A stretch of 64,000 nt of DNA from IMG/VR virus record IMGVR_UViG_3300028805_000047; one strand, 5' to 3'. Origin of the DNA: a virus. Taxonomy: Duplodnaviria; Heunggongvirae; Uroviricota; Caudoviricetes. Below are positions 8,167 through 18,389 of the stretch, piece by piece. Under the pieces are notes generated by a model that saw only the letters and a list, made by a program, of their open reading frames with translations, was not told the DNA's origin and did no database searches. Numbering within the stretch: position 1 is the first letter of the stretch; every line of letters begins with the position of its first letter. A program made the position numbers and the translations under genes.

Positions 8167-10472
8167 AATTTTTTGAATTCTTCGTAATCAGCAAGATTTA
8201 TATTATTTATAGAATTAAATCCATGCGTATCTAATCTTGAACGGTTGCTTACCTCATTAGGTTTTACATATGTATTGAAACAATAATCAAGTATGTCATC
8301 ATTCAGTTCATATCCTAATTGAGTTTTAAGAAGATACAAGTAAACAATTACAAGGTCAAGCATTGATAAACCGCTTCTTGAATTTATTTCTATACAATAA
8401 ATTTTATTATCTGACGTTACAGCCAAATCTATTCCAATAAGTCCGTTCGCATTTGTTTTGTCAAAAATAGTATTAGCTATATCTTGAATTTTTTCAAGCA
8501 TATCTGAATCAAGCTGAACTAGTTCATATAAGAAATTCAGTCTGTCATCTTTTCCTTTTGTACGAATAGAATTTATTGGATGACGTCTATAACAAGAGAT
8601 AATTTGTTTATTGAAAACAAGTATTCTGTATTCTTCAACAATATCAATCAGTTTTTGATAGATATAATTATCCGGTTGATAGTCTTTCAGAATGTTTTTA
8701 TTTTTATCAATAAAAATACCTTGTGAAGAATGAGTACCTCTTATAGGCTTGCAGATTATATCTGAATCTGTATTTTCAATATCTTCTTTAGAAAGGTTTT
8801 TACAGATAAAATCACAATCTTTGAATGTATCATAGAACTTTGATTTGTCACTGCAGACCTTTAAGACATCAAAATTATTTTTAAGATTTTTTAATGATTG
8901 ATATTTGTTTTTGAAAAATTCAATTTCTGAATTATCAGTATTGATGTAATTCAAAGCAATCATATCATTAAGGTCTTTCTCGTCAGACTTTGCACGGATA
9001 TTAGGAAATTCATATAAGTCTGTTAAGGTATTACGTAATTTAATGTCTCGATGTCCCTTCGGCCAGTCAAGTCTTAAAAAACATATTTTCTTTTTCCAAT
9101 CTTCATTATTTTCATTTAGACGGAATAATTTTTCTCTGTCTGGTGAAACTAGAAAATCTAATTTATGAATCACGTCGGTGCCTATAAGGATTTTCTCACG
9201 GTCATCATTTTTTTCAGATTTATCAATATTTCTTATTGTGACATCAATATCTTTTAGTGTTTTACTTCCGACAGTCAAATCAAATTTTACTATAGGACGT
9301 TTATTCTTTTCGTCTGGTCTCAACTTTATTACGACATAGCCTTCAATTTTCTTTTTGAAGTGGTTGTCAAGTAAGTCAAATGATGCATATCCGTCAGAAA
9401 TTTCAAGATTGTCAACACAGATTGAACAAGTATTTCCTTCTTTACCTGTATCAAAACAACCTATCATTTTAACATTGTCAAGTTTTACATGTTCATTGAA
9501 TGAAACTATTTTTGATTCCTTAAACGTATATTTTACAGGATTAAAATACTTGCTTATAATTTTTACGATACGGTATATGACATTATGCTCACTTGGAGAA
9601 TATAGGGAATTGATTCCTTCAAGACCCGGTGAAGAATTAACTTCAATAACTCTGTCAATATCAGTTTTAGCATCGTGTAAGACATCGACACCGCACCAAC
9701 GACAGCCTGTTGCAATTGCAGCTTTTATAGCAACAAGTTTTTCAGATTCATTTGGAGTATATAGACTTATAGAACCTCCGACAGAATAGTTTGTTCTGAA
9801 ATCATCTTTAGCTGCAGTTCTTTTCATACAAGCTATAACACTGTAGTCATCAGTATTATTTGATAATTCTTTTGACGTACAGACAACGTGCATTCTGAGG
9901 TCATATGAAATGTCTATTTTATCCTGCAACAACAAAAAATCATATTCAGATAATTTATTTTGTGTGAATTTTAAAGCATCTATTTCATTGTAGAAACAAC
10001 ATACATCGTGACCTTTCGAACATTTGTCAGGTTTTATTACAACAGGATATGTTCTGTTATGTAGCAGCTTTATATAATTGTCAATAGTCAGTTTTTTAGT
10101 ATCTATTGTGCTTACTCCATATTCACATAATTTTTCATAAGTATCCCATTTTGATCTGCAGATATTTGATGAAGTCATTTTATTAAAAATAGGAATATTG
10201 TTAGTCTTTGCAAAATTCTGCAGTTTTACATATTGTTTTCTTATTTCTTGAGTACAGTTACTGTTTAATACCCATTTTCTAACAAGTATTACAGAATCTT
10301 CAGAAGTATATTCTTCGTTATTGACAGTGATTGATTTATCTTTAATATCAATTTTATCTTCAACAAGGTTAACTTTTATAAAATCAATATCAAAGTCTTC
10401 ACAGAATTTTTTAAATTGTTTAACAACGTCTTTTGAAGAATCAAGACATGATACAAAAAATAGTTTCATCAC
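8151..10472 (-). CDS. Tandem double ATP-grasp ligase (two RimK-like domains, 773 aa)
   Basis: First half has 'YPVVIKPDKCSKGHDVCCF' (phosphate-binding loop region) and 'GCRWCGVDVLHDAKTDIDRVIEVNSSPGLEGI'. Second half repeats the pattern with 'ICKPIRGTHSSQGIFI' and 'LIGIDLAVTSDNKIYCIEINSRSGLSML'. Confidence 0.65.
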   Translation of the reverse strand: MMKLFFVSCLDSSKDVVKQFKKFCEDFDIDFIKVNLVEDKIDIKDKSITVNNEEYTSEDSVILVRKWVLNSNCTQEIRKQYVKLQNFAKTNNIPIFNKMTSSNICRSKWDTYEKLCEYGVSTIDTKKLTIDNYIKLLHNRTYPVVIKPDKCSKGHDVCCFYNEIDALKFTQNKLSEYDFLLLQDKIDISYDLRMHVVCTSKELSNNTDDYSVIACMKRTAAKDDFRTNYSVGGSISLYTPNESEKLVAIKAAIATGCRWCGVDVLHDAKTDIDRVIEVNSSPGLEGINSLYSPSEHNVIYRIVKIISKYFNPVKYTFKESKIVSFNEHVKLDNVKMIGCFDTGKEGNTCSICVDNLEISDGYASFDLLDNHFKKKIEGYVVIKLRPDEKNKRPIVKFDLTVGSKTLKDIDVTIRNIDKSEKNDDREKILIGTDVIHKLDFLVSPDREKLFRLNENNEDWKKKICFLRLDWPKGHRDIKLRNTLTDLYEFPNIRAKSDEKDLNDMIALNYINTDNSEIEFFKNKYQSLKNLKNNFDVLKVCSDKSKFYDTFKDCDFICKNLSKEDIENTDSDIICKPIRGTHSSQGIFIDKNKNILKDYQPDNYIYQKLIDIVEEYRILVFNKQIISCYRRHPINSIRTKGKDDRLNFLYELVQLDSDMLEKIQDIANTIFDKTNANGLIGIDLAVTSDNKIYCIEINSRSGLSMLDLVIVYLYLLKTQLGYELNDDILDYCFNTYVKPNEVSNRSRLDTHGFNSINNINLADYEEFKKFCSKL

Positions 10473-10559
10473 TAAATATATTTAATCTAAATTATTTATA
10501 TTTAGTCAGTTATTTTAGTAGAAAGCAATTTTCATAAATATATTATAAAAATTAATGGT

Positions 10560-12269
10560 ATGCCAAGTTTTTACGAAGACAGTTTGAACGTTTCTCCAAT
10601 GAATGCATCGCCTAAGTCACTTAGTAATGCGATAAATTCAACGAAGGGACCAGCAGTAACAATAAACAGAATCAGTACTGACGAGAAAAATAAATTACAA
10701 CTATCTGAAGTTGAATTTAAAGATAAAAAAGTTCCTCTTCCTAAAAGTATTTTTAAGGATACTATAACTGTAAATTATAGGACTTTAAAATCTACTTATG
10801 CTGATTTGAAAGATGAAAGAGACAATGAATATAGTTTTACAGAATATTCTGATTATAAAACCTGTATGAAAGATGATGCTGAAGTTCAAGCATTTCTTAA
10901 AGATAGAGATAATCCGACTGTTGAAAATATTATGAAGTACTATAATGGCAGTACCAATGCTTTGAACGCTCATGGATTATGCAGATACAGATTACAGGAT
11001 TTTATATTTTGTAAAGATTATGGAGTAATACCTAATAACAGGCTTATAACATTACGCCGTTATACTATGCCGACATTTGATACAATGTTTGGTTTTGATA
11101 TGTCTCCAACTGATATGAATCTGATGAACAGGTTTGCTAAAAACCATAGTGCGTTATCCACAGCTTGTACATATATAAATGATGATAATAAAATATCAGA
11201 ACTTTTGAAAATGACATTTGGACAAGAATGGGAGCCTGTTCATTCAGAAGTTCAAACCCTTCAAGATCCAAGAGGTTCAATGGTTGATACATTTGATAAA
11301 TGGATAAAGAAGATTCCTGCTATTGGTAAAAGTATGAGTGATTCTACAGCCGATGTTATTGCGAAAGGTTTAACATCGACAGCAACAGGAATTTCTGCAT
11401 CAGAACTTACATTTAATGCAAAGAATAAACTTAAAGACGCCTTTTATCAAAATTATCCAGACGGTCTTTATAATGGCGTCAATCGTATTGAATCTGTAAT
11501 GCGAAGAAAACCTGGACTTAAATTCAGTCATGAAATAAAGCTTACGTTTAGATACAGTCTTAAAAGTTTACAGTATGTAAATCCTAAAATTGCATTTCTT
11601 GACTTAATGTCTAATTTTATGCTTTTAACTGGTAACTATGGTACTTTCTGGGGAGGTTCTATTCATTGGACAGGAAGTCCTGCAGCTCCGACATTTGGTG
11701 ATCCCGAGCTTTTAGTACAAGGAAAATATGGAGAATATGTCCATAGTGTATTTGACGATATATCTGCTTCTTTAAATAGGAAAAATGGAGGTGGAGCTGG
11801 AAAAAAGAGTTTTATGGAACTAGCAACTGAATTTATAAAGGGTTCAGCTGAAGCATTACTTGCTAATATATTAGGCGAAGGACAAAATACAGCAAATGCA
11901 CAAGTACCAAAAGCTTTATTAAAGTCAGATCCTGTTGGATTATGGCATCTTGTTATTGGAAATCCATTGAATCCAATAGCTGTTATTGGTAATTTATGTG
12001 TTTCAGATATTGAAATGTCATTTAATGATGTTTTAGGCCGTGATGACTTTCCGACTGAACTAACATTTGTTGTAACACTTCAACATGGTTTACCAAGAGA
12101 TATTGCTTCAGTGCAATCTATGTTCAATGCTGGACATGGTAGAATTTATGTACCTATTGAAACTAAACAAGGCAGGGGTATTTCAGGAACTGGTAAAGAT
12201 GATCAATTCCCAATGCTGAATGCCACAATAGAAGAAATTCAGGATTTCAAGAAGTTTTCAACGTCATGA
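10560..12269 (+). CDS. Hypothetical protein (569 aa), possibly virion-associated
   Basis: Long ORF with an ATAAATAT late-like box upstream; no recognisable motif. Confidence 0.5.
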   Translation: MPSFYEDSLNVSPMNASPKSLSNAINSTKGPAVTINRISTDEKNKLQLSEVEFKDKKVPLPKSIFKDTITVNYRTLKSTYADLKDERDNEYSFTEYSDYKTCMKDDAEVQAFLKDRDNPTVENIMKYYNGSTNALNAHGLCRYRLQDFIFCKDYGVIPNNRLITLRRYTMPTFDTMFGFDMSPTDMNLMNRFAKNHSALSTACTYINDDNKISELLKMTFGQEWEPVHSEVQTLQDPRGSMVDTFDKWIKKIPAIGKSMSDSTADVIAKGLTSTATGISASELTFNAKNKLKDAFYQNYPDGLYNGVNRIESVMRRKPGLKFSHEIKLTFRYSLKSLQYVNPKIAFLDLMSNFMLLTGNYGTFWGGSIHWTGSPAAPTFGDPELLVQGKYGEYVHSVFDDISASLNRKNGGGAGKKSFMELATEFIKGSAEALLANILGEGQNTANAQVPKALLKSDPVGLWHLVIGNPLNPIAVIGNLCVSDIEMSFNDVLGRDDFPTELTFVVTLQHGLPRDIASVQSMFNAGHGRIYVPIETKQGRGISGTGKDDQFPMLNATIEEIQDFKKFSTS

Positions 12270-12493
12270 TAAAATATATTACAAGGATTTGTCATTTTTT
12301 AAAAGCATTAAAAAATGAAATCAAATTTCGGACGCACAGTACTAAATCTATTGAGTACAAACATAGGTTAGGACATTGTATGGAATGCAAGTATATGGAA
12401 AGAGGCTTGTTTAAGAGATGTTCTGTATGTTCTTGTTTTATTAAATTAAAAACAAGATTTAAATCAGAGTCTTGCCCTCTATATATTTGGTAA
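12266..12493 (+). CDS. Small Cys-rich protein (75 aa), possible zinc binding
   Basis: 'CMECKYMERGLFKRCSVCSCF' cysteine cluster; ATGA overlap with the upstream stop. Confidence 0.4.
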   Translation: MIKYITRICHFLKALKNEIKFRTHSTKSIEYKHRLGHCMECKYMERGLFKRCSVCSCFIKLKTRFKSESCPLYIW

Positions 12494-12530
12494 ATGTTGT
12501 TTTTTAATTAAAATTAAAAATTTAAGAATA

Positions 12531-13748
12531 ATGGCAGAAAAAAAGATGGTTAGTTTAGATGATCTAAACAAATTTATGAATAAGTCTTCTAAATATGGAG
12601 GACTTGTCAGTGAAGGAGCAGTATCAGAGATAACTGATTATATTTCAACGGGTAATTATATGTTAAATGCCTGCTTGACAGGTTCTATTTTTAAGGGAAT
12701 TCCTAATAATAGAAGTACATGCCTCAGTGGTGTGTCTGGTGTTGGTAAAACATATCTTGCATTAAATATTTGTCGTGAGGCACAAAAGAAAGGATATTTT
12801 ATAATTTATTATGATTCTGAAAATGCCGTAGACAAGGAACAGTTTGAAAATTTTGGTGTTGATATACGTAAGGTAAGATATGAACCTGTTCAATCAATTC
12901 AAGAATTTCGTTCAAACCTTACTTCAACACTTGATTATCTTATAGAAGAAAAAGATAAAGGGTCTGATGTTCCTAAATTACTTATTATTCTTGATAGTGC
13001 CGGTAACTTGGCAACACAGAAAGAGATTGAAGATGCTAAAACAGGATCTGAAAAAGCTGACTTTTCCAAAGCAAAAATTATGAGGTCAGTATTCAGAATA
13101 GCATTGACAAAGCTCGGTATCTTAAATTCTACATTTGTATTTACAAACCATATCTATGAAGGTATGTCGATGTTTCCAACAACTATTCAATCAGGTGGTA
13201 AAGGTATTGTTTACGGAGCAAGTCTTATTCTTAATATGAATAAAGGCAAATTGAAAGAAGAAGGAAATAATCAAACAGGTGTAAGAGTTTATGCAGAACC
13301 ACAAAAGAACAGATTTTGCGTACCTACAAAAATTGAGTTCAATATATCATTTGTACGAGGTATGAATCCTTATATTGGTTTGGAAAATTATGTATCTTGG
13401 GAAAATTGTGGTATTGAAAGAGGTAAATTTATAACTCCAAAAGAGTTTGATAAATTACCTGAAAAAGATAAAGAGAAGTATGCTAAATATAAAGTCATTG
13501 ACAGTGAAGGAACTGAAAAATACTTTATACAAAGCGATACTGCAAGAAATATTTGTACTGATTCAGGTGAATCATATCCTGTCAAGGAATTATGGTCAGC
13601 AAAAGTATTTACAGAAGATCGTTTGAAAAGAATTGATGAAGTTATTGTAAAAGCATTATCGTATAATAAAAATTCTGATTCTGATTTAGATGATTTTGTT
13701 GGTGATGTTGATGATGTTGCCGAGGTTGATGAAGAACTTGAATATTAA
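12531..13748 (+). CDS. uvsX: UvsX-like RecA-family recombinase
   Basis: Walker A 'GVSGVGKTYLALNI'. Long collinear similarity to T4 UvsX ('ILDSAGNLATQKEIEDAK...KAKIMRSVFRIALTKL...FTNHIYE...NISFVRGMNPYIGL' against T4 'IDSLGNLASKKETEDAL...RAKTMKSLFRIVTPYF...INHTYE...DVKFDGGIDPYSGL') and an acidic C-terminus. Confidence 0.85.
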   Translation: MAEKKMVSLDDLNKFMNKSSKYGGLVSEGAVSEITDYISTGNYMLNACLTGSIFKGIPNNRSTCLSGVSGVGKTYLALNICREAQKKGYFIIYYDSENAVDKEQFENFGVDIRKVRYEPVQSIQEFRSNLTSTLDYLIEEKDKGSDVPKLLIILDSAGNLATQKEIEDAKTGSEKADFSKAKIMRSVFRIALTKLGILNSTFVFTNHIYEGMSMFPTTIQSGGKGIVYGASLILNMNKGKLKEEGNNQTGVRVYAEPQKNRFCVPTKIEFNISFVRGMNPYIGLENYVSWENCGIERGKFITPKEFDKLPEKDKEKYAKYKVIDSEGTEKYFIQSDTARNICTDSGESYPVKELWSAKVFTEDRLKRIDEVIVKALSYNKNSDSDLDDFVGDVDDVAEVDEELEY

Positions 13749-13756
13749 TATAAATT

Positions 13757-14194
13757 ATGACAAACGAAGAATTAAGTCAAAAGTTTAAGGACAGCATAGA
13801 TAATTGGACTAAGAAGATTAAAGATAACGTTATCGATAAGCTTAAGTCTGAAGATTTGTCTGTACTGAATAATGCCGAAGTTTATTATCTTTCATACCGT
13901 GAACAGATAATCACTGAAACATTCAATATCAGAAATGCTGTTTTTAAACTTAAAGTAAACAGAGACTTACAACAGGAGAAGCAAAACAAAAAACTTATGC
14001 TTTCTTCTGATGTAAGATTGTCTTCACAAGAAAAAAATCTCCAGTTAAATAATCTTATCAAAGAAGAAAATGAAAGAGTTTCATATTATGAAAATTACTT
14101 GATGTTCTTACAAGAAAGTGTAAAGACGCTTGATAATTTTGCATATGTTATAAAAAATAGATACGAAGCCTTAAAGTATAAAGCCGGTTTATGA
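13757..14194 (+). CDS. Possible UvsY-like recombination mediator (145 aa, coiled-coil)
   Basis: Size, location next to uvsX and weak C-terminal resemblance ('VIKNRYEALKYKAGL' against T4 UvsY 'AIKSRGFAIKHIQDMRAFEAGK'). Tentative. Confidence 0.3.
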   Translation: MTNEELSQKFKDSIDNWTKKIKDNVIDKLKSEDLSVLNNAEVYYLSYREQIITETFNIRNAVFKLKVNRDLQQEKQNKKLMLSSDVRLSSQEKNLQLNNLIKEENERVSYYENYLMFLQESVKTLDNFAYVIKNRYEALKYKAGL

Positions 14195-15201
14195 GAACTT
14201 GTATTGTTAATGAGTTATGTGATTACCAAGGTTATTATGAGAATTTTGGTAGAGTTGGGACTGAACCAATAGTACTTAGAGAACAACTTAAGATTGATGA
14301 TATTGTAGGACCTAAAAGAGGGTTTAATGATATTGATAGTTATAAATCGTATAACGAAGTAGATGTAAATGATTATGATAAAGTTTATGTCTATGGCAGT
14401 AATGATATTTACTACAATAATGAAATTGGTAAGACGAGATTTGATGCAAGGAAATTTTGGACAAAAGCAAAGAATGTTATTTTTCTGTCATTAAATAATT
14501 TGTATCTTCCAAAGAATTGGTTTGACAATATCAAAAGCCTAAAAGAATATATAACTGAAGAATTTGATTTTAATGAAATCAAACCGTCAGATTCAACCAA
14601 GTATACGCTTATAACTCCATTCGAGTTGTCAGATTATATAAAACAGCAATTAGGAATGGATGAATACCATAAAATAAATTTAGCTGAATCAGCAATATTA
14701 TATAGGAACAGAAGACTTGATTTATCATTCACTTCGTGTAAGTATGATTTATTTTATGACAGTAATTTTAATGAAGAAGATTTAAAATCCGTAAGAGGAT
14801 ATTTGGATTTTAGCAATAATAATCTTGTCGTTACAAGAAATACTGTGAATAAGTATATATACACATATACAAAGATAAAACAGGAACCAACAGAAAACAT
14901 GCAAAGGTATTTAGAAAGACTAAGTGTAAGTTTTGCGACAATTATATTTGACAATGAAGTAAACATACAGCTTAAAGAAATACCTACAAAACTATATGAA
15001 GCTGCTTCACAATTTTGTTATGTTTTTTATACTGAAAAACTTTCATACTTAAATGAAATATTCAATAATGATAATCATTTAGTTACAGGTCCTGAAGATT
15101 TAGTTTCAAAGCTTAATCATTTACAATCTCTAAAAACAAAACAATACCAAGATATTATATATAAGCAGTATAAAACATTGTCAGGACGTTGTTTATTATA
15201 A
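14191..15201 (+). CDS. Hypothetical protein (336 aa)
   Basis: ORF tiling with start/stop overlap. Confidence 0.5.
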   Translation: MRTCIVNELCDYQGYYENFGRVGTEPIVLREQLKIDDIVGPKRGFNDIDSYKSYNEVDVNDYDKVYVYGSNDIYYNNEIGKTRFDARKFWTKAKNVIFLSLNNLYLPKNWFDNIKSLKEYITEEFDFNEIKPSDSTKYTLITPFELSDYIKQQLGMDEYHKINLAESAILYRNRRLDLSFTSCKYDLFYDSNFNEEDLKSVRGYLDFSNNNLVVTRNTVNKYIYTYTKIKQEPTENMQRYLERLSVSFATIIFDNEVNIQLKEIPTKLYEAASQFCYVFYTEKLSYLNEIFNNDNHLVTGPEDLVSKLNHLQSLKTKQYQDIIYKQYKTLSGRCLL

Positions 15202-15216
15202 TAAATTTATTTTAGG

Positions 15217-15615
15217 ATGACACTTACAGAAATTATTAATACATATTTTAAAGGAAAGGGACTTGGCTTGTCAGATGCAGAAAAAGCTATGAGTTTTTCT
15301 ATAATGAGAAGATATTTGGCAGCTGATTATCCAGATATTGCAAATGAGATGAATTCATTTCATACACCTGCAGTTGCTGCATCTAATATCATTGCTATTT
15401 TATTACGTAAATATACAAAACCTCCAAAGTATGTAACATATAATTATAAGCCTGTAAATGATGAATATAAGTCAAATTTGATAGATATGTTTGAAGCAAA
15501 TTATAAAGATATTTTATTTTTGCAGCAAGTAAACAATACTAAATATAATGAACTTATTAAAAGTTTTCAAAAAGAGGATGTTAAAAATTTGAAAAAGAAT
15601 AAAAAATGGAAGTAA
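15217..15615 (+). CDS. Hypothetical protein (132 aa)
   Basis: ORF tiling. Confidence 0.45.
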   Translation: MTLTEIINTYFKGKGLGLSDAEKAMSFSIMRRYLAADYPDIANEMNSFHTPAVAASNIIAILLRKYTKPPKYVTYNYKPVNDEYKSNLIDMFEANYKDILFLQQVNNTKYNELIKSFQKEDVKNLKKNKKWK

Positions 15616-16955
15616 GAACAATAACATCTTTTCTAGAAAATGAAGTTAGGGAATATGCAAAGGATGTAATTGAAAATAGAGCAATTCCTTCTGTAATTGA
15701 CGGACTTAAACCGACTGCAAGAAAAGTTGTATATATTGCAAATAAAAAATGGAAAACATTATCTGAAAAACCGATGAAGGTATTTCAGTTAACTGGTGCG
15801 GTTGCAGAACAAGCATATTATCATCATGGTGATGCTTCGCTTAATTCAACTATTGTCAATATGGCTCAAAAGTTTAAGAATAATATGCCTTTACTTGAAG
15901 ATATTGGACAGTACGGAACATTACGTTCACCATATGCAGGAGCACCGAGATATATCTCGACGAGACTTTCGTCGAATTTCAGGTTAATTTATAAAGACTT
16001 TGATTTACTTGAAAATCAAGTTGATGAGGGTAATGTTATTGAACCAAAATATTTTTTACCAATTATTCCAGCCTGTATTGTAAACGGATCAAGCGGTATT
16101 GCCGTTGCATTTGCAATAAATGTTTTGAATAGAAATCCTTTTGATGTCATTGATGCATGCAAGGCCGTCATTACAGGTAAGAAGATAAATGAAAGTAACT
16201 TGAAGCCATATTACAGTGATTTCAGCGGCAGGATAGAACAGGATTTAGATAATAATCTTAAATGGCATTTCTTCGGAAAGTATGAAATCATAAAGGAAAA
16301 AACAGTACATATAACTGAACTACCCCCTAATATACAGTATGAAGCCTATGAAGCATATCTTAACACACTTATTGACAAGAAGATAATTGTTGATTATGAC
16401 GACAACTGTTCAAATAATATAGATTATACTGTTTATTTCAAGAAAGAAATTCTAAAAGATTATATAGCAAAGGGTAAGCTTGACAGTCTACTAAAAATGG
16501 AATCGACAGAAACAGAGAATTTTACATTTCTTGACGAAGAATCTAATATAAAACAATTTAATTCTGTAATAGATATTGTAAAGTATTTTGTTGATTTCAG
16601 ATTAGTTGTATATTCTAAAAGAAAAACCAAGCTTATTGCTGATAAGAAACATATAATTCAAATACTCAACAATAAAATTAGATTTATTGAAAATATTGAT
16701 AAGGATAATTCAATATTGCTTGATAAAAGAGAAAATGCGCTTATTGAATATTTGGAATCTAATAAGTTTGATAAAATAGACGAATCGTATTATTACTTGA
16801 CGTCTATGTCTATTTCTTCATTTACCCAAACTAATTTGAATAAATTGAAAAATCAACTTGTTGAAGAAGAAAATGAGTTGAAGGTAATTGAAGAGAAAAA
16901 TGAAAAGGAAATGTATTTAGAAGATTTGAAAGAACTTAAAAAATCTATAAAGTAA
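15606..16955 (+). CDS. Type II topoisomerase DNA-binding subunit (T4 gp52 / GyrA N-terminal-like)
   Basis: 'IPSVIDGLKPTARKVVYIA' matches the GyrA/ParC/gp52 'DGLKPVHRR' signature; 449 aa versus 442 in T4 gp52. Confidence 0.7.
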   Translation: MEVRTITSFLENEVREYAKDVIENRAIPSVIDGLKPTARKVVYIANKKWKTLSEKPMKVFQLTGAVAEQAYYHHGDASLNSTIVNMAQKFKNNMPLLEDIGQYGTLRSPYAGAPRYISTRLSSNFRLIYKDFDLLENQVDEGNVIEPKYFLPIIPACIVNGSSGIAVAFAINVLNRNPFDVIDACKAVITGKKINESNLKPYYSDFSGRIEQDLDNNLKWHFFGKYEIIKEKTVHITELPPNIQYEAYEAYLNTLIDKKIIVDYDDNCSNNIDYTVYFKKEILKDYIAKGKLDSLLKMESTETENFTFLDEESNIKQFNSVIDIVKYFVDFRLVVYSKRKTKLIADKKHIIQILNNKIRFIENIDKDNSILLDKRENALIEYLESNKFDKIDESYYYLTSMSISSFTQTNLNKLKNQLVEEENELKVIEEKNEKEMYLEDLKELKKSIK

Positions 16956-17773
16956 TGACAAATTATGATGAATGCATGATGGCTGAGTCAAAAATTGACT
17001 ATGGTATTAAATGGCTTAAAGATCAAGGAATTGATATTGAAAACCTTGATTTAAGCTTATTTCCTAATCGTGTCATACATTATAAGCTTTATGATAAATC
17101 TGAATACAAACCATATCTGAGTGACAAACTTAATGCAGGTGAAATGCTTGCAAAGCATAATCTTAGTGATATACAAATCCCGATAGTGTCGTCAGGACGG
17201 AGAATGCTTGAACTTTCAGACTTAAAGAATCTCGAAGAGGATTTATATATTATAAAATGTAACCATGCGTCAGGCTGGAACATATTTTTCAGGCCGAGCA
17301 TGTCAGATTCTGAATTAAAAAAGATAGTTGATAAAATAAATTTATATCTTATCTTAAATTTTGCATACATTTCAGGATATGAGTGGCAATATGAAAATAT
17401 TGAAAGAGGTTGGTTGATACAAAAGAGTTTAGGTGAACATCTTGTAGATTATCAATTTTTCTATGAGGATGAAAAATGTATGGCTGTTGATCTTCAAGTA
17501 AAATCTGATAAAAATCATGTATTGCATATCTTTTATGGCGGACCTGATGGAAACAGCCTTGATTATTTCATGGGTTCAATGCCGTTATATAAGACATTAC
17601 CTAAAAAGTTTTTAGAAGTTGTAAATAGAGCTAAAGTTTATGCAGATGAATTAGCTAAAAATATTAAATTTGCAAGAATTGATTTTTTATGTCCTAATTT
17701 TGATAAAATTTATTTTGAAGAATATACATTTTCACCTTATTCCGGAGTTTTAACATTTGAAAGTTATGTGTAG
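16955..17773 (+). CDS. ATP-grasp ligase, single domain (D-Ala-D-Ala-ligase/TupA-like pattern)
   Basis: 'LYIIKCNHASGWNIFF' and C-terminal 'ARIDFLCPNFDKIYFEEYTFSPYSG' resemble the ATP-grasp 'RVDFF..dg.iyl.EvNt.PG' block. Paralogous to the C-terminus of 50197..51594. Confidence 0.5.
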   Translation: MTNYDECMMAESKIDYGIKWLKDQGIDIENLDLSLFPNRVIHYKLYDKSEYKPYLSDKLNAGEMLAKHNLSDIQIPIVSSGRRMLELSDLKNLEEDLYIIKCNHASGWNIFFRPSMSDSELKKIVDKINLYLILNFAYISGYEWQYENIERGWLIQKSLGEHLVDYQFFYEDEKCMAVDLQVKSDKNHVLHIFYGGPDGNSLDYFMGSMPLYKTLPKKFLEVVNRAKVYADELAKNIKFARIDFLCPNFDKIYFEEYTFSPYSGVLTFESYV

Positions 17774-18389
17774 CAATATTAATGACATAGACATATTTGA
17801 CTATATTTCACATTCTGAATATGAGCAGTTTGTAGATGAGTGCATACAAAATAATTTGAATATAGAGGATGAATTGGACAAATTGAGAAAGAAAATTTAT
17901 GACTATTCAGAAATGAAGTCAAAGAAGTCTTCTGAGAAAACAAAAGAAGAGAAGATAAAAACATCGAGGACCACTAGCTTTCTTAAGAATACATCATTTA
18001 AAACAGTTGAAACAAAGGATATTAATATATCAGCATATATATCAAGAAACGTTGATTATGATTCTAATGAGCAGATTAAAAATTTTGACAGATATATAGA
18101 TGCATTGAAGAGGTCAAATACTTATGCAAGGTATGTAGAGGATAATAATGCCGTACTTACTTATGATAAGTTGTTTAATATAATGAATTACCTTATTGAA
18201 CAGAATCCTAAGAGGGATATTGTTGAGATACTTGCATTTCTTAATGATTTCTTTGATATTGACATTCAGTTATTTAAGAAAAATTATTTAACAAGTAAAA
18301 TTATAACGAAGATGAAAAATTATGCAAGAATGCATGGTATTCAAATTCGTGATGATGAAGATGAAGAAGAACAAAATGTACTTTTATGA
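17757..18389 (+). CDS. Hypothetical acidic protein (210 aa)
   Basis: ORF tiling. Confidence 0.45.
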   Translation: MKVMCSNINDIDIFDYISHSEYEQFVDECIQNNLNIEDELDKLRKKIYDYSEMKSKKSSEKTKEEKIKTSRTTSFLKNTSFKTVETKDINISAYISRNVDYDSNEQIKNFDRYIDALKRSNTYARYVEDNNAVLTYDKLFNIMNYLIEQNPKRDIVEILAFLNDFFDIDIQLFKKNYLTSKIITKMKNYARMHGIQIRDDEDEEEQNVLL

